64,000 nucleotides of DNA, taken from contig CBFIGX010000005.1 of assembly GCA_965662265.1 (NCBI GenBank), forward strand, positions 7,494 through 71,493. Reading direction: 5' to 3'. Below are positions 20,205 through 29,123 of the stretch, piece by piece. The notes under the pieces were generated by a model. It was not told the DNA's origin, searched no databases, and saw nothing but the letters and a program-made list of their open reading frames with translations. Source of the stretch: Flavobacteriales bacterium. Lineage in GTDB: Bacteria > Bacteroidota > Bacteroidia > Flavobacteriales > UBA7430. The position numbers and the translations under genes are program-made. Every line of letters starts with the position of its first letter. Within the stretch, counting starts at the first letter, position 1.

Positions 20205-22502
20205 TTAGAATTTGAAATTTAATCCTAAACTTGGCATAATAGGAAGTTGATCTACGCGCTGGTCTGTTAGTTGATCATAATAGAAAATATTTGCTCTATC
20301 ATATAAATTACTAATGCTTAATGACGCTTCTAAGATATTTGTTTTTGTAAATTCAATTTTCTTTGTTATAGAAACGTCTAACCTATGATAATTTGGCATC
20401 CTACCTTCATTATAGTCACTATATAAAATAGCAACATCATCATTTACATTGGTAATATCTGTATTAATTCCATCTGTAAAAACAATTTTCTCGTAGTAAG
20501 CTTGAGTTTTTGTAAAAGGGAATCCTGAACCAAAATTCCATCTCATATCAAGCGTCCAAGATTTATCCTCTCCAAAAATATGCGATGCTACAAAATTAAC
20601 ATTGTGTCGTCGATCATATAAAGGAGCATACTCTCCCAAAGCGTCTGTTCTACTTACTTTTCCCAAGGAATACACTAGCCAAAGACTGGTTTGGATATTG
20701 TTATACTTTAATAAAAAATCAACCCCTTTTGCTAAACCTGTTTCTACAACAAAATCTTTTTTCTCTTCGTCTGAGACTTGATTATTATATGAGTTGTCTT
20801 CGTAAATCTTATTTCTATTTAAATTAATCAATTGATTAAAATCTTTAAGGTATCCTTCAACATTTAAGGTCCACTTGTCATTTAAATCATACTCTAAACC
20901 AACAATAAGGTGTTTTGCTGTTTGGAGATATGTATCACGTTCTTCATCACCAAGATATTTTGGTAGATTTGTTGTACTTGAGATATAACCTTGAAATAAA
21001 TTCACAACCTCTCGTCCTGTAGATACTGCTATCAAGTTTTGAGAAAACAAACCTGCAGAGGACTTTATTCTAAAGTCTTCAGTAAGATTATATTTAAGAC
21101 CCATCCTTGGTTCTAATACAGACTCACCTAAGGATGTATAGGAATGAAAACGAAGACTTGGTTGTAATAGCAATCGTGTTCCTACGTGTTTATAGTCTAC
21201 AAAACCTGCAAACTCTGTGGTATTGTCATTATGAGATATTTTGACATTAGAGCTCGTATAAAAATCAAGGGTATTTCCAAATCCTAGTACTTCCACACCG
21301 TACTTAACCTCAGACTCACCTTCAAGGAAATATGTAAAATCAATTCCAGTATTAAAGCCTCCAATAGAGCTGTTTTTTGGTTTCTCATTGGCACTTATTT
21401 GCTCAGTATTATAATTAGAGTAAGCAAAATTTCCTTCTATCAAAACTCCAGAACCAGCAGGTAATAATATAAAACTAGAGCCAAAACCATAAGAATTCCA
21501 GTTAAAGTTTGTGATGGAAGAATAATCTACTTGATCAGAAAAATTAAAACCAAACAGGCTAAACTTACTTCCACTTTTTCCCATAAAAGATGCTTTACCA
21601 TAAACATCTAAAAAGCTGTAGGGCAAACCTTGATCTCCAGTATATTCGTAAATATTCGTAGATGTATAATCTATGTATGAGTTTTTTGCTGAAATAATAA
21701 ATGAAGAACTAGCCCCTTTTTCGTTTGGTTTTGAAAGAGGCCCTTCAAGCAAAATTTTAGATCCAAACGTATTGGCAGATACTTTCCCGGATAATCGTTT
21801 TCTATTTCCATCTCTTGTTTTAACATCTACAATTGATGAAATACGACCACCGTATTCTGCTCCAAAACCACCGGTATAAACATCAGCAGTTTTTATTACA
21901 TCTGTATCAAAGACAGAAAATAAACCTATTGAGTGAAATGCATTATACAATATCATACCGTCAAGTAATACAGCATTGTGAATAGGTGCACCACCTCTTA
22001 TATATAATTGACCTCCTTGATCTCCAGTAAACACAACACCAGGTAAAACTTGTAAATACTGAGCTAAATCTGGCTCCCCCCCAATTGAAGGAAGCTTTTT
22101 TAAAGATTTAGCAGTTAGTTTAACAACAGACGTATTTACACTAGTCTTTGCCTCTTGACGTTCAGCAGATAATTGAATCGTATTTAGTTCAATGCTAGAT
22201 TCGTTTAGGTAAAATGTTTTGTTCTGTATTTTGTTAGATTCAATTGTAACCGATATGGATTGTTGATCGTAACCAATATAACTAACAGTAACTGTATAAG
22301 TGCCTACTGGAACTTTTGATAGGTTATAAAATCCATTCGCATCAGTTACACCTCCTATGTTAGTACCTTCTAATAATATATTTGAAAACATTGCAGGTTC
22401 CCCCGAACTCGCTTCATACACAAAACCTCTAAGAGTACCAGTCTGTGCAAATAACTGGATAGTAACAAATAATGAAATGAAAATTAATTGAACTTTATTC
22501 AT
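20205..22502 (-). CDS. TonB-dependent receptor
   Basis: Likely start 22502 (MNKVQL); GEPDLAQYLQVLPGV, QLYIRGG, YHRLDV, C-terminal LNFKF. Confidence 0.9.
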   Translation of the reverse strand: MNKVQLIFISLFVTIQLFAQTGTLRGFVYEASSGEPAMFSNILLEGTNIGGVTDANGFYNLSKVPVGTYTVTVSYIGYDQQSISVTIESNKIQNKTFYLNESSIELNTIQLSAERQEAKTSVNTSVVKLTAKSLKKLPSIGGEPDLAQYLQVLPGVVFTGDQGGQLYIRGGAPIHNAVLLDGMILYNAFHSIGLFSVFDTDVIKTADVYTGGFGAEYGGRISSIVDVKTRDGNRKRLSGKVSANTFGSKILLEGPLSKPNEKGASSSFIISAKNSYIDYTSTNIYEYTGDQGLPYSFLDVYGKASFMGKSGSKFSLFGFNFSDQVDYSSITNFNWNSYGFGSSFILLPAGSGVLIEGNFAYSNYNTEQISANEKPKNSSIGGFNTGIDFTYFLEGESEVKYGVEVLGFGNTLDFYTSSNVKISHNDNTTEFAGFVDYKHVGTRLLLQPSLRFHSYTSLGESVLEPRMGLKYNLTEDFRIKSSAGLFSQNLIAVSTGREVVNLFQGYISSTTNLPKYLGDEERDTYLQTAKHLIVGLEYDLNDKWTLNVEGYLKDFNQLINLNRNKIYEDNSYNNQVSDEEKKDFVVETGLAKGVDFLLKYNNIQTSLWLVYSLGKVSRTDALGEYAPLYDRRHNVNFVASHIFGEDKSWTLDMRWNFGSGFPFTKTQAYYEKIVFTDGINTDITNVNDDVAILYSDYNEGRMPNYHRLDVSITKKIEFTKTNILEASLSISNLYDRANIFYYDQLTDQRVDQLPIMPSLGLNFKF

Positions 22503-22589
22503 AGTATGTTTTTTTGCTGTGCGAAGATAATTATTCCACTTAATAATAGTAGAATTTGTAAGCAAGTATTATTCCATATAAAATTTGAT

Positions 22590-22615
22590 AAAAAAAAAGA
22601 GCTCTATTGAGCTCC
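22590..22615 (-). terminator. Intrinsic terminator of the 50-aa gene
   Basis: Minus strand reads GGAGCTC-AATA-GAGCTCT followed by a run of T, about 20 nt after the TGA at 22636. Confidence 0.8.
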
Positions 22616-22635
22616 TTATAACCTATTTAGTTTTT

Positions 22636-22788
22636 TCAACTTCCACATGCTTCACATTCTGGATCATCAATAGAACATGCCTCTGGTTGATCCTTTTCTT
22701 CTAAATCTGTTAGCCAAGAAGAAAATGAATCTTCTTGTGTATTTTGCATTTCTTTTCTCACCTCTTCATGGTCTTTGTTGTCAATCAT
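22636..22788 (-). CDS. Unannotated 50-aa acidic small protein ending in an RNR-alpha-like CX6CX2CGS tail
   Basis: Hand translation: MIDNKDHEEVRKEMQNTQEDSFSSWLTDLEEKDQPEACSIDDPECEACGS*. It has an A-rich leader with A at -3, TAATTTAG upstream (22822-22829) and a terminator downstream. Confidence 0.88.
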   Translation of the reverse strand: MIDNKDHEEVRKEMQNTQEDSFSSWLTDLEEKDQPEACSIDDPECEACGS

Positions 22789-23001
22789 AATATTTTGTAT
22801 TGTAGGTTAATTTGATAATCACTAAATTATTCATTTATTTATTTAAAAATAAACACACAGCGTATTATTATCAACAGAAGGATCTTTAATATATTAAAGA
22901 GGTTAAGCTAGTTATTAACGATATAGTAATTTAAATAAGTAAAGGTGAAAAGTCAATTAAGCATAAAAATAAATTAAAGGAGATTTAAGCTGGTTTAATT
23001 T

Positions 23002-23009
23002 TATATTTG
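23002..23009 (+). promoter_or_regulatory. TAnnTTTG -7 element for the holA operon
   Basis: TATATTTG 17 bp before the ATG at 23027. Confidence 0.7.
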
Positions 23010-23026
23010 TCTAAGGGTATGATATT

Positions 23027-24025
23027 ATGACACACAACCAAATTCTTTTTGATTTAGAAGCTAAAAGGTATGCTTCAACCTACTTTTTAGCAGGAGAAGA
23101 AACTTATTATATTGATTTGATAAGTGATTACATAGAGAGTAATGTCTTAAAAGAAGAAGAGAAAGGGTTTAACCAATCTGTTTATTATGGTCGAGATATT
23201 GATGTATCTGATGTTATAGCGTCTGCAAAGCAATATCCAATGATGGCTGAACATACAGTTATTATTATTAAAGAAGCGCAAGACCTGAAAAAAATTGAGG
23301 AACTAAATAGTTATATCCAAAAACCACTAGAAAGTACGGTTTTAGTAGTGTGCTATAGAGGAAAGCGGTTAGACAAACGAAAAGCTCTTTATAAAAACAT
23401 TAACAAACATGGTTTATACTTTGAAAGTAATAAACTTTACGATAACAAAATCCCTAACTGGATAAGTGAATATTTAATAACAAAACATCGGTCTATAAAC
23501 TCTAAATCTGCAATACTTTTAGGAGAATTTATTGGAAATGATTTATCCAAAATTTCTGGTGAATTAAATAAGCTTTGTCTTTTAACTCAAAAGGGTTCTG
23601 AAATTACCGAGCAACTTATTGAAGACAACATAGGAATTAGTAAAGATTATAATAATTTTGAGCTACAACATGCTATAATTCATAAAAATGTGCTTAAAGC
23701 GAACCGAATTATTAAGTATTTTGAAGCGAATTCAAAAAAAAATCCTATTGTAGTAACTTTAACTGTTTTGTACAATTGTTTTAGTAAAATTCTAATTTAT
23801 CATAGCTTAAAAGACAAAAACCCTCAAGTTGTAGCCAGAAATTTAGGCATTAACCCATATTTTGTCAAAGATTATCAACAAGGAGCTGCAAACTATAGTC
23901 TTAAAAAATCTGTATATGCTTTAGATCTTCTCAGATCAACAGATGTTAAAGCAAAAGGATATAACAATCCTTCCACGTCGCACTCTGACTTATTAAAGGA
24001 ACTCATATACAATCTGATTCATTAG
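23027..24025 (+). CDS. holA: DNA polymerase III delta subunit
   Basis: YFLAGEETYYID, AKQYPMMAE, IIKEAQ, IGISKDYNNFELQ (Bacteroidota HolA). Confidence 0.92.
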   Translation: MTHNQILFDLEAKRYASTYFLAGEETYYIDLISDYIESNVLKEEEKGFNQSVYYGRDIDVSDVIASAKQYPMMAEHTVIIIKEAQDLKKIEELNSYIQKPLESTVLVVCYRGKRLDKRKALYKNINKHGLYFESNKLYDNKIPNWISEYLITKHRSINSKSAILLGEFIGNDLSKISGELNKLCLLTQKGSEITEQLIEDNIGISKDYNNFELQHAIIHKNVLKANRIIKYFEANSKKNPIVVTLTVLYNCFSKILIYHSLKDKNPQVVARNLGINPYFVKDYQQGAANYSLKKSVYALDLLRSTDVKAKGYNNPSTSHSDLLKELIYNLIH

Positions 24026-24035
24026 ATATTTAGAG

Positions 24036-24482
24036 ATGATTAGGCTAAACCTACCCACGTATGTATTTAAGTACAAAAAAGAGAATTCGAAAACATATAT
24101 TTTTGACACTATTAGAAAAAAATACATCATTTTAACTCCTGAAGAATGGGTGCGTCAAAACATAGTCAGATTTCTTACAAAAGACAGAAATTATCCTGCT
24201 TCGCTATTTGCTATAGAAATGGGTATTGATGTGTTGCAAACAAAAAAAAGATGCGATGTTATAGTTTATGACAATAAAGGTTTACCCCAACTAGTTGTTG
24301 AATGTAAATCGCCGAAAATTAAAATAAATCAAGCCGCTTTTGACCAAATTGCGAGGTATAACATGACGTTAAAAACAAAGCTGTTAATTGTAACAAATGG
24401 TCTTGAACACTATACCTGTACAATGGATCATGATAATAAGCGCTATAAATTTTTAAAAGACATTCCTTTTTACAGTCAATAA
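24036..24482 (+). CDS. Stand-alone HsdR N-terminal-like (PD-(D/E)xK) domain protein
   Basis: IFDTIRKKYIILTPEEWVRQ, RCDVIV, VECKSP, FDQIARYN, TNGLEH. Confidence 0.85.
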   Translation: MIRLNLPTYVFKYKKENSKTYIFDTIRKKYIILTPEEWVRQNIVRFLTKDRNYPASLFAIEMGIDVLQTKKRCDVIVYDNKGLPQLVVECKSPKIKINQAAFDQIARYNMTLKTKLLIVTNGLEHYTCTMDHDNKRYKFLKDIPFYSQ

Positions 24483-25013
24483 ATGAATATTAATGACACA
24501 ATTAAAGATGAGTTAAAACCTACTGCTGGTAGTCAAAATGCTTTGCTTATTTCTAAAATGAAGGCAGATCAAGATTACTTTGAACAGGTTTTTAAAATTG
24601 CCTTGAGTACAGAATATCCATATGCATGGAGAGCATCATGGTGTATTCAAAAGATGCTTCCTATGTACCTTTCCTTTTTAAACAAAAATGTGAATTTAAT
24701 TTTAAAATCATTTCCTCATTTCTCTCACCACGGCCAGCAAGGTTGTATGATAAAAGTCTTAAATAATTTGGACTACAACATAGAAAAATCTGGACTGTTA
24801 ATCGATAATTGTATTCAATTTTTAAAAAATGAAAGTATTCCAGACTATGTAAAATATTATAGTATGGAACTCTTAGTAAACACGGCAAGAAAGATGCCTG
24901 AATTTAAAGATGAGTTTTGCTTTTTTATTGAAGAAGCTATTCCTAAAGGAAGAACATACATGATAAAAGTGAAAGCGTTAAAATTATTAGATGAGCTAAG
25001 ATCTTTACAATAA
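24483..25013 (+). CDS. Hypothetical alpha-helical (HEAT/ARM-like) protein
   Basis: 176-aa ORF abutting the previous gene; AWRASW motif; amphipathic helices. Confidence 0.6.
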   Translation: MNINDTIKDELKPTAGSQNALLISKMKADQDYFEQVFKIALSTEYPYAWRASWCIQKMLPMYLSFLNKNVNLILKSFPHFSHHGQQGCMIKVLNNLDYNIEKSGLLIDNCIQFLKNESIPDYVKYYSMELLVNTARKMPEFKDEFCFFIEEAIPKGRTYMIKVKALKLLDELRSLQ

Positions 25014-25072
25014 AGTCTAACTTACTCACAATATTAGTAGACTTAAATAAAATTTCTCATATTTATTCTATA

Positions 25073-26584
25073 ATGAATATACCCATAAACATAAAACTTA
25101 GACACTTATTTTATTGCATATATATGTACTTCTCTAGTAGTATAGCTCAAACGGATTTGAGTGGATGGGTCTATGATAAAAAGTCAAATGAGAGCTTGGC
25201 ATATGTAAATATTCAATTTGTTAACAGTAATTATGGCACATTAACTAATGAGTTCGGTCATTTTACGATAAGCAACAATTCGTTTAATGAAAAGGATAGT
25301 ATCTTAATTCAACATATTGGTTACCAAACACAAAAACTAAGTGTTAACGACTTATATAAAAATAACAAAGTATATCTCGAAGAAGATATTTTTCAACTTA
25401 CGGAAATCGTTTTATTAGCTTCTAGCCCTAACATAAATAGTATAATAGACTCTGTCCTCAAATATAAAAGCAATAACTATAATGAGCTTCAAATAAATGC
25501 TTTAGCTTTTACTAGAGATAGATACATAAATAATATTGAAAAAATTGAACTAGAGAAAAAGAAGACTAATATTGATGTTATCGATACGGATTTAATGAAT
25601 AATTTTAGAGATAAGCTTCCAAGAGAGTCTTATTTTTACCGTGATTTTTTAGGACGAATTTACATCAATCAACTGGAAGGAAACAGCGATACATCATTGA
25701 AAATAAACGCTATTAAGACGGTAGAACTTAACACTAAAGAGATAGATGAACTTAAATATTTCAATTCTGTTTTTGATAGTCTATTTAGCAACACAAACCA
25801 AGATGAATATTGGAAGGTCAAATCGGGAATAATTGGTCGAAATATAGATTATAGTTATGGAAATGAAGTAGATAGTTTGCCAGACTCAACGATATCAGCA
25901 CAAACAAATTTAAAATATTTTAAGTCCAATTTAAAAAACAAATTTGAAGTTACAGATATTGGCAATACCACATACTGGGAATTCATTCATAAATCAAAAA
26001 ATTATGATTACACTTATATCGGGACTGTCTTTATAGAGGGCGAAGAAGTATGTGTTATCGATTTTAGTCCTAGAAAAAAAGGTGTTTATGAAGGTCGATT
26101 CTTTGTAAATTTAAATGATTATGCAATCATTAAAAGCGACTTTAAATACGCAAAAGAACGTTTTGGACGTAATTTAAGTCTTATGGGGCTGGGATATAAA
26201 GAGCGTGATTTTTCACTATCTATAGCCTTCGAAAAAAAGCATATAAATTATGAAGTTAAATATTTCTCATACTCTCAAACTAGAGATGTGAGTTTTAATA
26301 GAGCTATTTCTCTTCAAAAGCGAAAGGAACGTTTTTTATTTGATAAAAAAATTCATGAATTAAAAGTAGACTTAAATTTGATTATAAGTTCTTCAAATAC
26401 ATTTGAATACTTAACAATAGACAGTAAACCATTGTCTACGAAAGAATTTAATTTGTATGTAGAAGAAAAAATATTAGATGTCATTTATGTAGATCAATTT
26501 GATAACAGTCTATGGGAAGGCTATCCAATAATACAGCCTACTGAAAAAATGAAACAATATAAATCTAAGCCTAAACTGTTTTAA
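25073..26584 (+). CDS. Exported protein with carboxypeptidase-regulatory-like N-terminal domain
   Basis: SGWVYDKKSNESLAYVNI..GTLTNEFGHF..QHIGY; DNSLWEGYPIIQP near the C-terminus. Confidence 0.75.
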   Translation: MNIPINIKLRHLFYCIYMYFSSSIAQTDLSGWVYDKKSNESLAYVNIQFVNSNYGTLTNEFGHFTISNNSFNEKDSILIQHIGYQTQKLSVNDLYKNNKVYLEEDIFQLTEIVLLASSPNINSIIDSVLKYKSNNYNELQINALAFTRDRYINNIEKIELEKKKTNIDVIDTDLMNNFRDKLPRESYFYRDFLGRIYINQLEGNSDTSLKINAIKTVELNTKEIDELKYFNSVFDSLFSNTNQDEYWKVKSGIIGRNIDYSYGNEVDSLPDSTISAQTNLKYFKSNLKNKFEVTDIGNTTYWEFIHKSKNYDYTYIGTVFIEGEEVCVIDFSPRKKGVYEGRFFVNLNDYAIIKSDFKYAKERFGRNLSLMGLGYKERDFSLSIAFEKKHINYEVKYFSYSQTRDVSFNRAISLQKRKERFLFDKKIHELKVDLNLIISSSNTFEYLTIDSKPLSTKEFNLYVEEKILDVIYVDQFDNSLWEGYPIIQPTEKMKQYKSKPKLF

Positions 26585-26644
26585 ATTTTACACATTATTT
26601 TATTGAGTATATTTACAAAATAATTTTTGGTTTATTCGACATTT

Positions 26645-27424
26645 ATGCTTCACTACAGCAGCTACATAAAGGAAGAAGAAACACCTTGGATAACGTTTAT
26701 CCATGGTGCAGGTGGCAGTAGTTCTATATGGTATAAGCAGCTTAAAGAGTTCAAAGAACATTACAATGTATTACTCATTGATCTTAGAGGACATGGTAGA
26801 TCAAAAAGTTCTATTTATACTCAGTTACATTCTTATACTTTTTCAACAATTAGTGATGAAATTCTTGAAGTGTTAAATCATCTAAAAATTACTAGCTCTC
26901 ACTTTGTTGGTATATCCCTAGGTACAATTATCATTAGAGAAATTGCTGAACGGCACCCTAATAGGTGCATATCGATGATAATGGGAGGGGCAGTTATGAA
27001 ACTTAATATACGAGGTCAAATACTTATGCGAACAGGAGCCCTCTTAAAATCTGTAATTCCCTACCTTCTACTCTATCGCTTTTTTGCCTTTATCATTATG
27101 CCAAAAAGAAAACACAGAGAATCTAGAAATTTATTTATCAAAGAGGCAAGAAAGCTTTATCAAAAAGAGTTTAAAAGGTGGTTTAGCTTGGTATCAGAAG
27201 TTAATCCACTACTTTCTATTTTCAGAATTAAAGACTCCGGAATTCCCACATTGTATGTGATGGGTGAAGAGGATCATATGTTCTTACCTTCTATTTCAAA
27301 ATTAGTTAAAGACCACGACTCATCGGAATTAGTAATTATTCCAAACTGCGGTCATGTAGTGAATATAGAAAAACCTAAAATTTTCAATTCTAAGGTATTG
27401 AAATTTATTAAGGTTAATTCCTAA
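26645..27424 (+). CDS. Alpha/beta hydrolase
   Basis: HGAGG, DLRGHG, nucleophile elbow GISLG, GEEDHMF, GHVVN. Confidence 0.9.
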   Translation: MLHYSSYIKEEETPWITFIHGAGGSSSIWYKQLKEFKEHYNVLLIDLRGHGRSKSSIYTQLHSYTFSTISDEILEVLNHLKITSSHFVGISLGTIIIREIAERHPNRCISMIMGGAVMKLNIRGQILMRTGALLKSVIPYLLLYRFFAFIIMPKRKHRESRNLFIKEARKLYQKEFKRWFSLVSEVNPLLSIFRIKDSGIPTLYVMGEEDHMFLPSISKLVKDHDSSELVIIPNCGHVVNIEKPKIFNSKVLKFIKVNS

Positions 27425-27426
27425 GA

Positions 27427-28986
27427 CTATTCGACTTTTTTAACTCTATAATTTTCATACTTCACAATCTGAACAGCTTGGTTTCGTGAGCCATTGTTTG
27501 TATTTCTTTTGTAATTAAAGTCAAAGTTGTTATTTAACAATTCATTTGGCTCCATATACATGTCAGTCGACAAGCCACCATGTTCATAAAGTAGAGATAA
27601 AAAGTAAAATGAAATATCAAATCCTGCAAATGCAAACCTTGGACTTGGATCCGAATTTACCTCTTCATGATATTTACTCACAAAATACTTCGATAATGGT
27701 TTTTCGTAAGACAATAAACCACTGTTTGGGATATGTACATTTAAATTCTCCAAATAAGTATAGTCAAGAGATTTAAAAGAACTCCAACTAGACAAGCCGA
27801 AAACAACAAAATTACTATCTCTTGTTGCGTTTAATTTTGTTAGTAAATCGATTACAAAATCTTTTTCACCAGAAGGTATAAGAATGACATTTGTTTCTGC
27901 TAAAGAATCTAATTCGTGGTGTATTGAGTCTATAACCGCTTGATTAACTATAATTTCTTTGTAATTTATTATCGAATCAAAGTCAAAAGATTCAGTCATC
28001 CATTCAGCTTGTCTTGACTCTTGATCTGTGTTTTTTCTGACTAGAGTAATATTTTTATCAATATAATTATTTGATATGTAGCTAGATAAGACGTTTAACT
28101 GTCTTTTTTGAGATGGTATAATTTGAAATGCATTGGTAATATCTTCCAGTAGATTAGCCTTAGTAGATAGAGGCGCAACAACAGGTATACCTTTTCTTGA
28201 AAGGATTCCAGCTGCCAATCTAAAGTTTTTAGAGTAAAAAGGACCAAATACCACATCTATAGAATCAAAAACATTATCTGCAACTAAATCAAAAGTTACG
28301 TTGGGGTCATTTTTAGTGTCAAATACATGAATATTCATAGACACTCCGGATGCATTAAGACTGTCAATTGCAATTTTTGCTCCTGCGTAAAAGTCTAAAG
28401 CATAATGACTTTTTTTATAAATGTGACCACCTTCATTAAAGCTTTCAAAAGTTTCTAATGTATCATTTTTATCAAGATAAAGAGGCAATAAGAAGGCTAT
28501 ATTATAATGAGCCTTTTTTATAAATTTAGTATTGGCTTTAGAAGTGTGAATGTCGTCTCTTTTAACCAAAGCGTCTACCTCTATTATTTCTGCAGTCACA
28601 TCAAGTTCATCAAACTGAGGGATTTTAATATAGGTACCTGCTCGAAAGCCTTCTATAAGTTGTGGGTTAAATTCTAGTAATAAAGACTCTTCTATACCGA
28701 ATTTATTTTTAATCGAATAAAAAGACTCTAAAGGTCTTACTTTATGCATGATATATACAACAGTATCCACAGAGGTGTGAATTGTTGGAATTATAATACG
28801 CATTCCTTCTCGTAATCCTCTATTAGCATCAGGATTGGCCTTGATGATATCACTTATTGGAATGCCATATTTTTTTGACACACTAAATAAAGTCTCATCT
28901 CTTTCTACTTTATGCGACTCCTGGGCTTGAGAAATAAAACCTAAGTTTATAAAACATAAAAGAATAACAATAAAAATCTTATGCAT
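27427..28986 (-). CDS. Two LysM domains plus type 1 periplasmic-binding-fold protein
   Basis: HKVERDETLFSVSKKYG and HKVRPLESFYSI LysM repeats; IAFLLPL, DFYAG, GFDI. Confidence 0.85.
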   Translation of the reverse strand: MHKIFIVILLCFINLGFISQAQESHKVERDETLFSVSKKYGIPISDIIKANPDANRGLREGMRIIIPTIHTSVDTVVYIMHKVRPLESFYSIKNKFGIEESLLLEFNPQLIEGFRAGTYIKIPQFDELDVTAEIIEVDALVKRDDIHTSKANTKFIKKAHYNIAFLLPLYLDKNDTLETFESFNEGGHIYKKSHYALDFYAGAKIAIDSLNASGVSMNIHVFDTKNDPNVTFDLVADNVFDSIDVVFGPFYSKNFRLAAGILSRKGIPVVAPLSTKANLLEDITNAFQIIPSQKRQLNVLSSYISNNYIDKNITLVRKNTDQESRQAEWMTESFDFDSIINYKEIIVNQAVIDSIHHELDSLAETNVILIPSGEKDFVIDLLTKLNATRDSNFVVFGLSSWSSFKSLDYTYLENLNVHIPNSGLLSYEKPLSKYFVSKYHEEVNSDPSPRFAFAGFDISFYFLSLLYEHGGLSTDMYMEPNELLNNNFDFNYKRNTNNGSRNQAVQIVKYENYRVKKVE

Positions 28987-29070
28987 AAGTTCTAACAATA
29001 AAACACAAAAATAGACAAATTAAATAACGAGGAAAATATGCATCTAATTAATCCAACTTTATTGCTACAA

Positions 29071-29111
29071 ATAAAAAAATGCCATCAAATGATTTGATGG
29101 CATTTTTTTAT
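29071..29111. terminator. Long perfect hairpin terminator after the T9SS cargo gene
   Basis: ataaaaaaatgccatcaaat-g-atttgatggcatttttttat. Confidence 0.85.
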
Positions 29112-29123
29112 TGTGTAGTTAAA

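Noticed and set aside
22636-22788. The 50-aa peptide as a RiPP precursor or nrdA pseudogene
   Set aside because: No modifying enzyme, peptidase or exporter is adjacent, and no upstream nrdA-like coding remnant is visible; it has an intact start, leader and terminator
24036-24482. Type I restriction-modification system
   Set aside because: Only the small N-terminal-like domain is present; no hsdM, hsdS or helicase motor
29071-29111. Long palindrome as a MITE or REP element
   Set aside because: Single copy in the window, directly after a stop codon with A/U tracts; a terminator explains it
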